Source of the DNA: an uncultured virus (IMG/VR IMGVR_UViG_3300025158_000017)
Lineage: Duplodnaviria; Heunggongvirae; Uroviricota; Caudoviricetes
Direction: 5' to 3' (one strand)
Virus record (IMG/VR): IMGVR_UViG_3300025158_000017
Length of the DNA: 64,000 nucleotides
Part shown: positions 48,501-58,170 of the stretch, piece by piece
How positions within the stretch are numbered: the stretch's first letter is position 1
Layout of the letters: each line of letters starts with the position of its first letter
Notes under the pieces: model-generated
What the model was told of the DNA's origin: nothing
The model's input: the letters and a program-made list of their open reading frames with translations, nothing else
Databases searched by the model: none
Program-made: the position numbers and the translations under genes

Positions 48501-49364
48501 ATGGCTGGCAAAACAGAAGTAGCAGAAGTGAAAAACGCACAAGTTGCATCATATGATTATGGTGAACACGCGCACGAAGGATTCGAAGGAACAACAATTG
48601 CTGATCTTTCAATTCCTTTTATCAAGATCATGCAATCAAATTCTCCAGAAGTTGAGGACGAGCTAGTTCCAGGAATTAAAGCTGGTGATTTGGTTAACTC
48701 AGTTTCAAAAGAAATTATCAAACAACCTGTCATTGTTCAACCAGTTTTCAAAGAATCTGCTGTTGTTGAATGGATTCCTCGGAATAAAGGTGGTGGGATT
48801 GCTTCACGTCATGAAATTGATAGTGAAATCTATCTTGAAGCTATCAAGAAAAATAATGGATCTCGTATTCCACCTAAAGATGCAGACGGTAAACGAATTC
48901 CATTCAAATCTCCAGAAAATAATGATCTCGTTGAAACATACTATGTATATTGTCTGATTCTTGATCAAACTGGAGAAAGTGTTGAAGGTTTTTGTGTGTT
49001 GAGCTTCGCATCAACAAACATTAAAGTCTACAAAGATTGGTTGACATCGATGTATTCCATCAAAGGTGCTCCTCCAATTTATGCAAACAGATGCAAAGTT
49101 TCTACAGCAAAGCAGAAAAATGCTGATGGAACCTTTTTCACTTTTGCAATCAATCCACTCGCAGACAATTATAGAGAGTCTCTTATTAACCCCGGAACCG
49201 ATGAAGGTAAAGCACTTCTCGAAGAAGGTCGTGAATTTGGGAAAATGATTGATAATGGTTTGGCTCGGGCTGATCATGATAGTATGAAAGGTGATACTGT
49301 TGATGTAAATGCACCGAGTGGCACAAAAGATGCGAGCTCTGATGACGAAGAGATGCCGTTCTAA
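48501..49364 (+). CDS. Putative single-stranded DNA-binding protein
   Basis: GFE....DL.IPFIK.MQ.NSPE; acidic tail DDEEMPF. Confidence 0.65.
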   Translation: MAGKTEVAEVKNAQVASYDYGEHAHEGFEGTTIADLSIPFIKIMQSNSPEVEDELVPGIKAGDLVNSVSKEIIKQPVIVQPVFKESAVVEWIPRNKGGGIASRHEIDSEIYLEAIKKNNGSRIPPKDADGKRIPFKSPENNDLVETYYVYCLILDQTGESVEGFCVLSFASTNIKVYKDWLTSMYSIKGAPPIYANRCKVSTAKQKNADGTFFTFAINPLADNYRESLINPGTDEGKALLEEGREFGKMIDNGLARADHDSMKGDTVDVNAPSGTKDASSDDEEMPF

Positions 49365-49434
49365 GTTATGAATGGTTGTGGGCATAGTGGATGAGGACTC
49401 TGCTATGCCTACTCTTTTTTATCAGGAGAAAATC

Positions 49435-50685
49435 ATGAAATTTTCACCACAGCAAAACGCTGCCTTGAAAGCTGTTCACGAATGGTATAATAAGAGTGAT
49501 AAACAAGTTTTCCGTTTCTTTGGGTATGCAGGAACTGGAAAAACTACATTAGCAAAACACATCGCCGAAGGAATTGGTGGAAATGTTTTGTTCGCAGCAT
49601 ATACTGGAAAAGCTGCTCATGTTTTACAGACAAAAGGCTGCGGTCAAGCATCAACAATTCATTCCTTGATATATATCAGTCGTGATAAATCTAAACAACA
49701 TCTAGAAAATCTACAAAAACAACTCAATGAATTATTGATATCTCTTAAAGATATGACGCAAGAGTTTATTAATGATCACCCAAAGGTAAGGGCTCTGCAA
49801 AGAGATATTGAAACAGAAGCTAAAAATGCGAATCAACCAATGTTCATTCTCAACACAGAGAGTGAAGTTAAAAATGCAGACATGATTGTTATTGATGAAT
49901 GTTCTATGGTTGATTCTGTTATGGGTCTAGATCTATTGTCTTTTGGAACACCAATTCTTGTTCTTGGTGATCCTGCTCAATTACCTCCAGTTGGTGCTGC
50001 TGGCTTCTTTACTGAGAATGTAAAACCAGACATAATGTTAGACGAAATTCATAGACAAGCAAAAGAAAGTCCTGTCATAAGAATGGCGACAGATGTTCGT
50101 GAAGGTAAAACTTTACAACTTGGTGATTGGGGAAATGATTGTCATGTTATGCCGTTCGGAACAAAGCTAGATCAGAAAAGAGTTTTATCGTTTGATCAAC
50201 TTCTAGTTGGTAAAAACAAAACTCGTCATGCTATGAATTCAAGAGTTCGTAAGTTTCTTGGGCATGAAGGCGAATACCCAATAATCTCAGACCGTTTAGT
50301 TTGCCTTAGAAATAATTCTGAGCTAGGCTTACTGAATGGTGCTCTTTTCGACGTCACTGGAATGACTGGTGTGATGGACGGAAAAGTTCACATGACTGTT
50401 CGTTCAGCAGATGATCCAATGAAGAGTGATGTAGAAGTAGCAGCTTTAGAACATCATTTTCTTGGTAGAGGAAAAGAGTTAGATACTCAATATTGGCTTC
50501 GTTCTGAAGGTCAAGAATTTGATTATGGTTATGCTCTAACAGTTCATAAATCTCAAGGTTCACAATGGGATTCTGTTGCTGTTTTTGATGAAAGTTGGGG
50601 ACCAAGAAAAGAAAGACAACGCTGGCTCTATACAGCAATAACCCGAGCGGCTGAAAAAGTTACAGTCGTTGATATGCATAGCTAA
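49435..50685 (+). CDS. RecD/Dda-like SF1 helicase
   Basis: GYAGTGKT, IDECSM, GDPAQLPPV, YALTVHKSQGSQW, YTAITRA. Confidence 0.9.
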   Translation: MKFSPQQNAALKAVHEWYNKSDKQVFRFFGYAGTGKTTLAKHIAEGIGGNVLFAAYTGKAAHVLQTKGCGQASTIHSLIYISRDKSKQHLENLQKQLNELLISLKDMTQEFINDHPKVRALQRDIETEAKNANQPMFILNTESEVKNADMIVIDECSMVDSVMGLDLLSFGTPILVLGDPAQLPPVGAAGFFTENVKPDIMLDEIHRQAKESPVIRMATDVREGKTLQLGDWGNDCHVMPFGTKLDQKRVLSFDQLLVGKNKTRHAMNSRVRKFLGHEGEYPIISDRLVCLRNNSELGLLNGALFDVTGMTGVMDGKVHMTVRSADDPMKSDVEVAALEHHFLGRGKELDTQYWLRSEGQEFDYGYALTVHKSQGSQWDSVAVFDESWGPRKERQRWLYTAITRAAEKVTVVDMHS

Positions 50686-50697
50686 AGGAAAAATCCA

Positions 50698-52539
50698 ATG
50701 GAGTCAAGACGAATGTATGGTCCACAAAATCCCGATTGTGATCTAGTTCATGCAGAAAAATACCGTGGAGAAAACGAAAGTTTCCGTGAAGCTGCTAATC
50801 GGTGGTCTGGTTTTTTGCAAGACGGTCACGAACACTATATGGCATTTCGCGAAATCAGTATTGATCAACGCTTTATGCCTCCGGGTCGAGTTCAAGCAGG
50901 GGCAGGTTCTCTTAAAAATGTAACTCTCTATAATTGTTTCGTAATGGCAACAATTCATGATAGTTTCACTGATGGACCAACTCAAGCAGAACTAGACATT
51001 CTAAAACCTGGAATGCATGATCCACTTTCTATTATGGATACTGCTAAGAATGCTGCTATCACAATGCGACAGGGCGGTGGTGTAGGGTATGACATTAGCA
51101 CATTACGTCCTTCTGGAGATCTTATCAGAGGCGTTCAGAGCACCACAGACGGTCCTCTTGCATTTGCACCTATATATGATGCCATATGCAAAGCAACTTC
51201 CTCTGCTGGCAACAGACGCGGCGCACAAATGCTAGTGATGAGAATTGATCATCCTGATATTGAAGCATTCATTCGTGCAAAGCAAGTTTCAGATGACTCA
51301 GTTCCATGGGAGTTTCGTCCACTTCGTGGTTTCAATATGTCAGTTGCTGTTACAGACAAATTCATGGAATGTCTCGCAAGTAATAAACCTTTTCCACTGC
51401 AATTTGGTGGTAGAGTTTATCGCGAAGTAGATCCACATGCTTTGTGGGACATGATTATGCGAGGAACATATGATTGGGCAGAACCTGGAGTTCTTTTTAT
51501 CGATCAAATCAATCGCATGAATAATCTCTATTATTGTGAAACTATTGCAGCAACAAATCCATGTGGTGAACAACCTCTGCCTCCGTATGGTGCATGTCTC
51601 TTGGGTAGTTTCAATTGGGTAAAATATCTTCGTAAAGATGCTGAAGGAAAGTTCTGGTTTGACTTTGATCAAATGGAAATAGATATTCCACATGTTGTTC
51701 GAGCAATGGACAATGTAGTTGATCGGAGCCGTTATCCACTACCGCAACAACGCATTGAAGCCCAAAGGAAACGACGTATGGGCCTCGGTCATACTGGTGT
51801 TGCAAATGCTCTAGAAGCTATGGGTTTTCCATATGGATCTCCAGAATTTCTTGATAAGCAAGATCAAATTATGTCTTTCATCACAAATAAGTGTTATCGG
51901 GCATCTGCGATTCTTGCTGGTGAAAAAGGTTCTTTCCCACTATATGACGAAGATCGCTATATGGCTGGTGAATTTGTTAGTGGTTTGTGGGAAGAAACAA
52001 AAGACTTGATTCGTAAGTTTGGAATGAGAAACTCTCATCTTACAAGTATCGCTCCAACAGGAACAATCTCATTCACTGCTGATAACGTATCATCAGGTAT
52101 TGAACCAGTTCTCGATTATGAGCAGTCACGTCGTGTTATTATTCCAGGTGGTCATCGTATAATCACAGTTGCTGATTATGGTGTTGCTCATCTTGGTGTT
52201 AAAGGCAAGACAGTAGTCTCTGGACTAATTACTCCAGCAGAACATATTGGAGTTCTCTGCACAGCTCAAATGAGTATTGATGCTGCCTGTTCAAAAACAG
52301 TGAATATTCCCACAAATACTAGCTTCAAAGATTTCAAAGACATCTACACGATGGCTTATAACAATGGAGCAAAAGGCTGCACCACATATCGTCCAGCAGG
52401 AAAATATGATGAGCCTATTCAATCTTCAAAGAAAGAAGTTATTGCTGAACGTGATGCTTTGATATCTTTAGAATACGGAGAAGCATGTGGTTTTAATCCA
52501 GAAACAGGTCAAAGAACAGGTGCTTGTGCAGAAGACTAA
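50698..52539 (+). CDS. nrdJ: Class II (B12-dependent) ribonucleotide reductase
   Basis: NCFV, RRGAQM, TNPCGEQPL..GACLLGS, IAPTGTIS; no beta subunit gene nearby. Confidence 0.85.
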   Translation: MESRRMYGPQNPDCDLVHAEKYRGENESFREAANRWSGFLQDGHEHYMAFREISIDQRFMPPGRVQAGAGSLKNVTLYNCFVMATIHDSFTDGPTQAELDILKPGMHDPLSIMDTAKNAAITMRQGGGVGYDISTLRPSGDLIRGVQSTTDGPLAFAPIYDAICKATSSAGNRRGAQMLVMRIDHPDIEAFIRAKQVSDDSVPWEFRPLRGFNMSVAVTDKFMECLASNKPFPLQFGGRVYREVDPHALWDMIMRGTYDWAEPGVLFIDQINRMNNLYYCETIAATNPCGEQPLPPYGACLLGSFNWVKYLRKDAEGKFWFDFDQMEIDIPHVVRAMDNVVDRSRYPLPQQRIEAQRKRRMGLGHTGVANALEAMGFPYGSPEFLDKQDQIMSFITNKCYRASAILAGEKGSFPLYDEDRYMAGEFVSGLWEETKDLIRKFGMRNSHLTSIAPTGTISFTADNVSSGIEPVLDYEQSRRVIIPGGHRIITVADYGVAHLGVKGKTVVSGLITPAEHIGVLCTAQMSIDAACSKTVNIPTNTSFKDFKDIYTMAYNNGAKGCTTYRPAGKYDEPIQSSKKEVIAERDALISLEYGEACGFNPETGQRTGACAED

Positions 52540-52648
52540 TTATTTCTGATTTTTGATAAATAACACTTGTGGTCAGAAGTTCGATACAGTAATGTTCTAA
52601 TACTGGCCACAAGTAGTGAGCCACTATATCTCAGAAATGGAGTCACAG

Positions 52649-53368
52649 ATGACCGATAAAATTACTTTCCTTGACAAAGCCTATGACCGTGCAACTCTCG
52701 AAAGCATGGATGATGAGGCTCTGCTCAAACTTCGCAATCTCGTTGCAGCAAATCTTGGTGTTGCAACTGTGAAAGCATTCAAAGATCATACGACTGCTGT
52801 CGAGCAAACTTTGAAAGCATTGCAGAAATATGAAGCTGAAGCAGATGGTAAAGCTCCAGCCAAGAAAGCTCCGAAAGAGCCAAAAGAGCCGAAAGATCGT
52901 AGACTGACAAAACCTGCTGAAGCACAGCATATCAAGCGTCCGACGAAGAAAATGTTTTCCATTGTGAAAATTGTCAAACCATTTGATGGTGAAGAAGACC
53001 GTGCTCATCGTTCTGGTAATTACAAAGATGGTATGCTTATCATCAATGCAATTGAAGGTGAAGGCACTCTTCCTTGGGACATCTACAATTGGGAAAAAGC
53101 TGGTTACATGTCTGTAACTGAGCCTACCGATGAAGAATATGCTGAGCGTCGGGCCGCTTGGTATAAGGCAAGTGGTCGAGAAGACCCTGATCTTTCCAAG
53201 ATGCAAGCCATTGCTAAACGTGCTGCTGAGAAAGAAGCAAAAGCTGCTGAACGTGAAGCCAAAAAAGCAGAACGTGAAGCTGAGAAAGCTGCCAAAGCCG
53301 AAGCTGCTGCAAAAGCAAAAGCTGAAAAAGAAGCAGCGAAAGCTGCAAAGGCTCAGGCTGCAGAATGA
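52649..53368 (+). CDS. Hypothetical protein with Lys/Ala/Glu-rich tail
   Basis: KAAE repeats; RBS GGAG; own promoter TTGTGG-17-TAATGT. Confidence 0.75.
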   Translation: MTDKITFLDKAYDRATLESMDDEALLKLRNLVAANLGVATVKAFKDHTTAVEQTLKALQKYEAEADGKAPAKKAPKEPKEPKDRRLTKPAEAQHIKRPTKKMFSIVKIVKPFDGEEDRAHRSGNYKDGMLIINAIEGEGTLPWDIYNWEKAGYMSVTEPTDEEYAERRAAWYKASGREDPDLSKMQAIAKRAAEKEAKAAEREAKKAEREAEKAAKAEAAAKAKAEKEAAKAAKAQAAE

Positions 53369-54273
53369 TGTCTCTTGATCATGCAGCATCGTTCTTTGAT
53401 TATCTCAATGAACGTGAAAGCGTCCGCCTTCGAAAGGAGGCAGGCGATTTCTTTCCATGGACTGAAGACAAGATTCTTCAGACATATAAATTCACCAATG
53501 TTCGACGTCAGCATGACAAAACGAGCATGATGCTAAGGGAGCTATTCTACAAAGAACACTTTAATGATAATCGTGAAGCAATTCTATTGAATTGTGCTAC
53601 ATTCAGATATTTCGGAACATATGAGTTTGCAACAGAAATAGGTTGGACTGATTGGGAAGACTTTACTGATGTTCATTGGGAAAATGTTAAAGAAACGGCT
53701 GCTGACAGACTCTCGAATAGAGAAAGAGTATTTACAGGAGCCTATGTTATCACGAACCAAGGTATATCTGCTCCGAAACAAGAAGTGGTGGTCGATTACT
53801 TCCTCAAGAGTCTACAGACAAATATTTCCGAAATCATAGCATGTGCTGGTAGCTCTGATTCATGGGAAAAAACTGCAAAAATCATGATGACAATAAATGG
53901 TTTTGGTGGATCAGGATTCATGACCAAAGAAATTCTCATTGATACAACCTACACTGGTTTCTGGGGTAGATATCATGAAGAGCCTAATGAGTTGCCTCTA
54001 ACTTTCCCTCGTGATTGGGATACATGGACACCTATTGGTCCTGGAGCATTGCGTGGAGCAGCGCGTGTTTCCGGAAACTATGCTGGAAAACCGTTCAAAA
54101 ATGAACAAGCAATGGAAGTGATAATGCAATTGCATCATCTGCAAGATTCATTCTTTGAACACAATTTCAAACTATCTCCGACTGATATTCAATTCGGTCT
54201 GTGTGAGTTTGATAAATATGAGCGTGTTCGTCTTGGGCAAGGTAGACCTAGGAGTAGATATCATGCTTCCTAA
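53365..54273 (+). CDS. 5-hmdU DNA kinase (aGPT-Pplase1/HMUDK helical family)
   Basis: ERE..R.RK..G...PWTED.IL..YKFTNVRR.HD, FTGAY, GPGA.RG, LCEFDKY.R. Confidence 0.8.
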   Translation: MMSLDHAASFFDYLNERESVRLRKEAGDFFPWTEDKILQTYKFTNVRRQHDKTSMMLRELFYKEHFNDNREAILLNCATFRYFGTYEFATEIGWTDWEDFTDVHWENVKETAADRLSNRERVFTGAYVITNQGISAPKQEVVVDYFLKSLQTNISEIIACAGSSDSWEKTAKIMMTINGFGGSGFMTKEILIDTTYTGFWGRYHEEPNELPLTFPRDWDTWTPIGPGALRGAARVSGNYAGKPFKNEQAMEVIMQLHHLQDSFFEHNFKLSPTDIQFGLCEFDKYERVRLGQGRPRSRYHAS

Positions 54274-54460
54274 CTATGCTCTATTTCTTATTTGGTGGTT
54301 TCTTTGTTATTGGTTACTTTTAACATGGTATGATAATGAAATTAAAAAAGGAAGAAAACCTAAGATGAATCCGCTCGTTGCAATCATCTTATTTATAATG
54401 TCTGGTTTCACTCCTTTCATAGCAATCTTTCTCTTGTTTACAAAAAGGACAAAAAGTTAG
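54263..54460 (+). CDS. Small two-TM membrane protein
   Basis: RBS AGGAG; two hydrophobic helices. Confidence 0.55.
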   Translation: MLPNYALFLIWWFLCYWLLLTWYDNEIKKGRKPKMNPLVAIILFIMSGFTPFIAIFLLFTKRTKS

Positions 54461-54517
54461 TTGTCTTTTTAATTGTCCTAGCTTTATGCTTACTTAATAC
54501 ATAACCGGGAGATTTCC

Positions 54518-55801
54518 ATGAAAATATGCATCGCCTTCCATGCTTGCATGGACCTTGGAGGCATTATCAATCATACAGAACAATTAATTGGTGGCCTTGT
54601 TGATTTGGGTCATAGCGTCACTTTATTTGAAATGGTCTATGCTGATAATGCTGGAAGTCAAAATAAAATAGGTGACTTTGAACGTGGTCCAAGTGGGATT
54701 CCTTTTGATCAAGGAAAAGGTTGGAATTTCCCAAACAGAAACAGAATTGCCTATAAGACATTTGCTGGTGTGAATAGTGCAAAACAAATTCTAAATGAAT
54801 TTGATATAGTGATCTGGACAGTTCCAGTTGTTCCTAAAAATCAGCAACATCTTGGAAATGATAAATGGCCTGAGCTCTATGCTCTCGAACCAAGAGTAAA
54901 ACAGATCGCTTTTATTCATGATGGTAACTGTCCACAAGGTTATCCACATATTTATCACATTGCAGAGCATTTGACTGGTCTAGCTTGTGTTCATTCTGCT
55001 GCAATGAATGGAGCTTCTAAAGTGCCAGTTCCTCGCGCAATGATACTAAATCCACAATATCAACCGATTAGAGAAATTACTGCTTGGTATGATAAGCATG
55101 AAGGTTTTGTATCTATGCAAACTTTCAAAGCATGGAAACGTGTTCATGAATTGATTGAAGCTATCTCTTATATGCCACCTCTTCAACGTGGTGAATTAAG
55201 AGAAATAGCTGGCAAAGGAATTGAATATCAGTATATGACTTCTGAGAATAAATGCAAAGAAGCATATTATCATGATAATCCAGAAAAACCATTTCATACA
55301 AGACGTATCTGGGATTCTGCTATTGAAAATGGCATGATTCATCATGAATATTGGAACACGAATGAAGTAGAAGAATGGCTATCAATGGCTCGTGTCCTTG
55401 TTGATCCATCTTGGTCAAAGAAATATGGCAAACTTGGTGGACATTGGAATCGTGTGATTGTTGATGCCATGATTCATTGTGTAATTCCAGTAGCTCATAA
55501 GAAGCATATGGGTGAAGAACTTTTCCAAGCTGGAAAACACTATGTTGACTTAGATCCTGCAAGAGATGCACAAGATTATGCAGACATTATTCTTGAAGCA
55601 GGTAGTGATAATCTAATTCATGCTCAACATTATCGTGACTATGCACGTGAAGTTCTTCCAATGTTTGATCGTAAATCTGTAGCACAAAGATTGATCGATC
55701 TTGCATATGGAAACATTGAAACAGTCGTTGGTGAAATAGATCCAAAGACACATGAGAAATATGAAGAAATTATGTTCAGACATTTTGGAGTTTTGGTATG
55801 A
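54518..55801 (+). CDS. Glycosyltransferase-like (GT-B) protein in DNA modification cluster
   Basis: MKI.I..H....GG...H...L..GL..LGH.V start, IHD, K..HELIEA, L.DPS, DAM....PV. Confidence 0.65.
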   Translation: MKICIAFHACMDLGGIINHTEQLIGGLVDLGHSVTLFEMVYADNAGSQNKIGDFERGPSGIPFDQGKGWNFPNRNRIAYKTFAGVNSAKQILNEFDIVIWTVPVVPKNQQHLGNDKWPELYALEPRVKQIAFIHDGNCPQGYPHIYHIAEHLTGLACVHSAAMNGASKVPVPRAMILNPQYQPIREITAWYDKHEGFVSMQTFKAWKRVHELIEAISYMPPLQRGELREIAGKGIEYQYMTSENKCKEAYYHDNPEKPFHTRRIWDSAIENGMIHHEYWNTNEVEEWLSMARVLVDPSWSKKYGKLGGHWNRVIVDAMIHCVIPVAHKKHMGEELFQAGKHYVDLDPARDAQDYADIILEAGSDNLIHAQHYRDYAREVLPMFDRKSVAQRLIDLAYGNIETVVGEIDPKTHEKYEEIMFRHFGVLV

Positions 55802-56826
55802 AAGTTATAACAGCACAGAATGTGAATGAAGCTCTCCTCCTTGGGTTGCAAGCCCTTAAAGAAGAAGGTGTGAGGCGTGATTCAAGAAATGGTTCAGTTC
55901 TAGTTTTTCCTGGTCCAGTCACAACTCACTATAAACATCCAGAAAATAGAGTTTTATTTTATCCAGAACGTGATGCTAATCCTTATTTCCATTTTATGGA
56001 AAGTTTGTGGATGCTTTCTGGTCGTCGTGATGTAGAGTTCCCTTCTCGTTTTGCAAGTAACATTATGAATTATACTGATGATGGTGTCAATTTTCATGGA
56101 GCCTATGGCTATCGTTGGCGTAATCATTTCAATATTGTTGAGCTTACAAGAAATGGAATAAAAGAAGAAGTCGGAGTTCTTGATCAACTCGAGACTATCG
56201 CTAATCTACTTCGTAAAAATCCTGATGATCGTCGTGTTGTGCTTCAAATGTGGGATGCAACTTGTGATCTCGGAATGGAAGGCAAAGACTTTCCTTGTAA
56301 CTTGATCTGCACATTTCGTATTAATCCTTATGGTAAACTAGACATGTCTGTATTCAATCGCAGTAATGATATGATCTGGGGTGCTTATGGAGCAAATGCT
56401 GTTCACTTCTCAGTATTGCAAGAAGTGATGGCTGCATGGGTGGGCGTTCCTATTGGAGGTTATTGGCAAGTTAGCACGAACTTTCACGCTTATGAAAATA
56501 TACTTGATAAACATGGTGAAGTCGTTCATAATTGTCCAGGACATGATCCATATTGTTTAAATGAAGTTCAAAGCGAACCAATCGTTAATACTTCAATTGA
56601 ACAATGGTTTCAAGATCTGCAAATGTTTATGGAAGTTGGTCCAACTATCGGACTTAAAGATAAGTTCTTTAAAAAGACAGCAGTTCCAATGTTGCAATCT
56701 TGGAATGCTTGGAAAGATAGAGAAAATCCAAATTTCAAAGAGAAAGCAATTTCTTTTGCTGATCAAATAAGTTCGCCTGATTGGCGTAGAGCTTGTAGAG
56801 AATGGTTGGGGCGTAGAATTAAATGA
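55798..56826 (+). CDS. Thymidylate synthase homolog, likely dUMP hydroxymethylase
   Basis: GAYG.R, DRR.V, KDFPCN, RSNDMIWG..GAN (Asn indicates dU specificity), N.HAY. Confidence 0.85.
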   Translation: MKVITAQNVNEALLLGLQALKEEGVRRDSRNGSVLVFPGPVTTHYKHPENRVLFYPERDANPYFHFMESLWMLSGRRDVEFPSRFASNIMNYTDDGVNFHGAYGYRWRNHFNIVELTRNGIKEEVGVLDQLETIANLLRKNPDDRRVVLQMWDATCDLGMEGKDFPCNLICTFRINPYGKLDMSVFNRSNDMIWGAYGANAVHFSVLQEVMAAWVGVPIGGYWQVSTNFHAYENILDKHGEVVHNCPGHDPYCLNEVQSEPIVNTSIEQWFQDLQMFMEVGPTIGLKDKFFKKTAVPMLQSWNAWKDRENPNFKEKAISFADQISSPDWRRACREWLGRRIK

Positions 56827-57380
56827 AAACATATCCTCATGTAGAAACAATTACTCAGAAAATAAAATTTATGAGAGAAGCAGGTGCAGTTCGTCGTTGC
56901 CACACTATGCCTGTAATTGGTGAATATAATGTCGGCATTCATGTCTATAATATGTTGTCTATGCTTAGAATTCTTTGGACATCAGCACCAAACTCTCTCA
57001 TATGGGCTATTCTCGAACATGATGCACCAGAACGTTTGACAGGTGATATTCCTGCTCCTGTAAAATGGTTTGGTATAATAGATAGAGAAATACTTGACAA
57101 GATTGAACAATCAATAATGCTTGATACTTTAGAGTATGATTATATTGGAGAATTAAGTAAGAATGAGCAAGCATGGTTTCATTCTCTTGATATTTTTGAA
57201 TTAGCACTATTTTGTCGTGATCAAATAATGCTAGGAAATCGTAACTTCGAAGTCATGCTTGAACGTATTCATAAATATGTCACAAATAATTCTGCAAAAT
57301 TAGAACCTATAGTTCTAGATGTTTATTGGGAGTCTTTGAAATATGATTGGTCAATGCTTCCTGATTTAGGAGATGTGTGA
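56823..57380 (+). CDS. HD-domain nucleotidase (YfbR-like)
   Basis: V.RCHT, H, HD.PE..TGDIPAPVK. Confidence 0.8.
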   Translation: MKTYPHVETITQKIKFMREAGAVRRCHTMPVIGEYNVGIHVYNMLSMLRILWTSAPNSLIWAILEHDAPERLTGDIPAPVKWFGIIDREILDKIEQSIMLDTLEYDYIGELSKNEQAWFHSLDIFELALFCRDQIMLGNRNFEVMLERIHKYVTNNSAKLEPIVLDVYWESLKYDWSMLPDLGDV

Positions 57381-58147
57381 TGGGAAACTCTAATTGTGAT
57401 TTCTGTGGTTATGATAAACGAATGTGTATTTGTAAAGACAAAGTATCTTATGTAGCCCAAGAAGGTGGTGATCATTACCAAGCAGACTATCAACATTGGG
57501 ATTGGGTCATTGATTGTAAGATTCATTATCTGCCAGCAAATTGCACAAAGTATGTTTCTCGTTGGAAAAAGAAAAATGGTATAGTTGATCTTAAGAAAGC
57601 TATGACTTATATTGATAAAATGATAGCAACTCTTAAAGATAGACCAACATATACTTTTAATCCTCCAAGTGCATATACGACTGGTGTATGCACAGATCGT
57701 TTAATAGAAACTCTCAAACTAAATGGATTAGAGCGTTCTATTATTGAGATTCTCAGTGGTCCTTGTCATATCAGGATGCTTGAACTTGCAAAAGAAAATT
57801 TAGACAAACTTATTAGGAACGCTCAGAGGACGCAGGAGGCACAAGCTGATGCTGCTGGCATGGTTACGCCTGCCGCACAAACAAGTGCATCCCTGGACCA
57901 AAAAACAGGCCTCCCCGGACGTGCTGGCGGCACCACTACCCAAGCACTTGCATCCAACGCGTCCACAGAACTCGCATATAAAACATTCGGTGCTTGTCCA
58001 TGTGGTTGTGGACGTCCAAGAAGGAAAAATATGGATTTCGCCTCTGATGATTGTATTGATAGTAGAACAATAGAAGGTATGAAGAACCCGTTTGGTTATA
58101 ATGAAGATGGAGAGAAAAATGAGAGAAATCAATGTAGGGAAAATTAA
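57377..58147 (+). CDS. DUF3310-domain protein with low-complexity insert
   Basis: Q.GGDHY, KY.SRW.KKNG..DL.KA..Y. Confidence 0.75.
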   Translation: MMGNSNCDFCGYDKRMCICKDKVSYVAQEGGDHYQADYQHWDWVIDCKIHYLPANCTKYVSRWKKKNGIVDLKKAMTYIDKMIATLKDRPTYTFNPPSAYTTGVCTDRLIETLKLNGLERSIIEILSGPCHIRMLELAKENLDKLIRNAQRTQEAQADAAGMVTPAAQTSASLDQKTGLPGRAGGTTTQALASNASTELAYKTFGACPCGCGRPRRKNMDFASDDCIDSRTIEGMKNPFGYNEDGEKNERNQCREN

Positions 58148-58170
58148 ACAGCCGAGAAAGGCATTGGTTG

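Noticed and set aside
55798..56826. dCMP hydroxymethylase
   Set aside because: Specificity position after RSND is Asn, not Asp, and a 5hmdU kinase family gene is nearby
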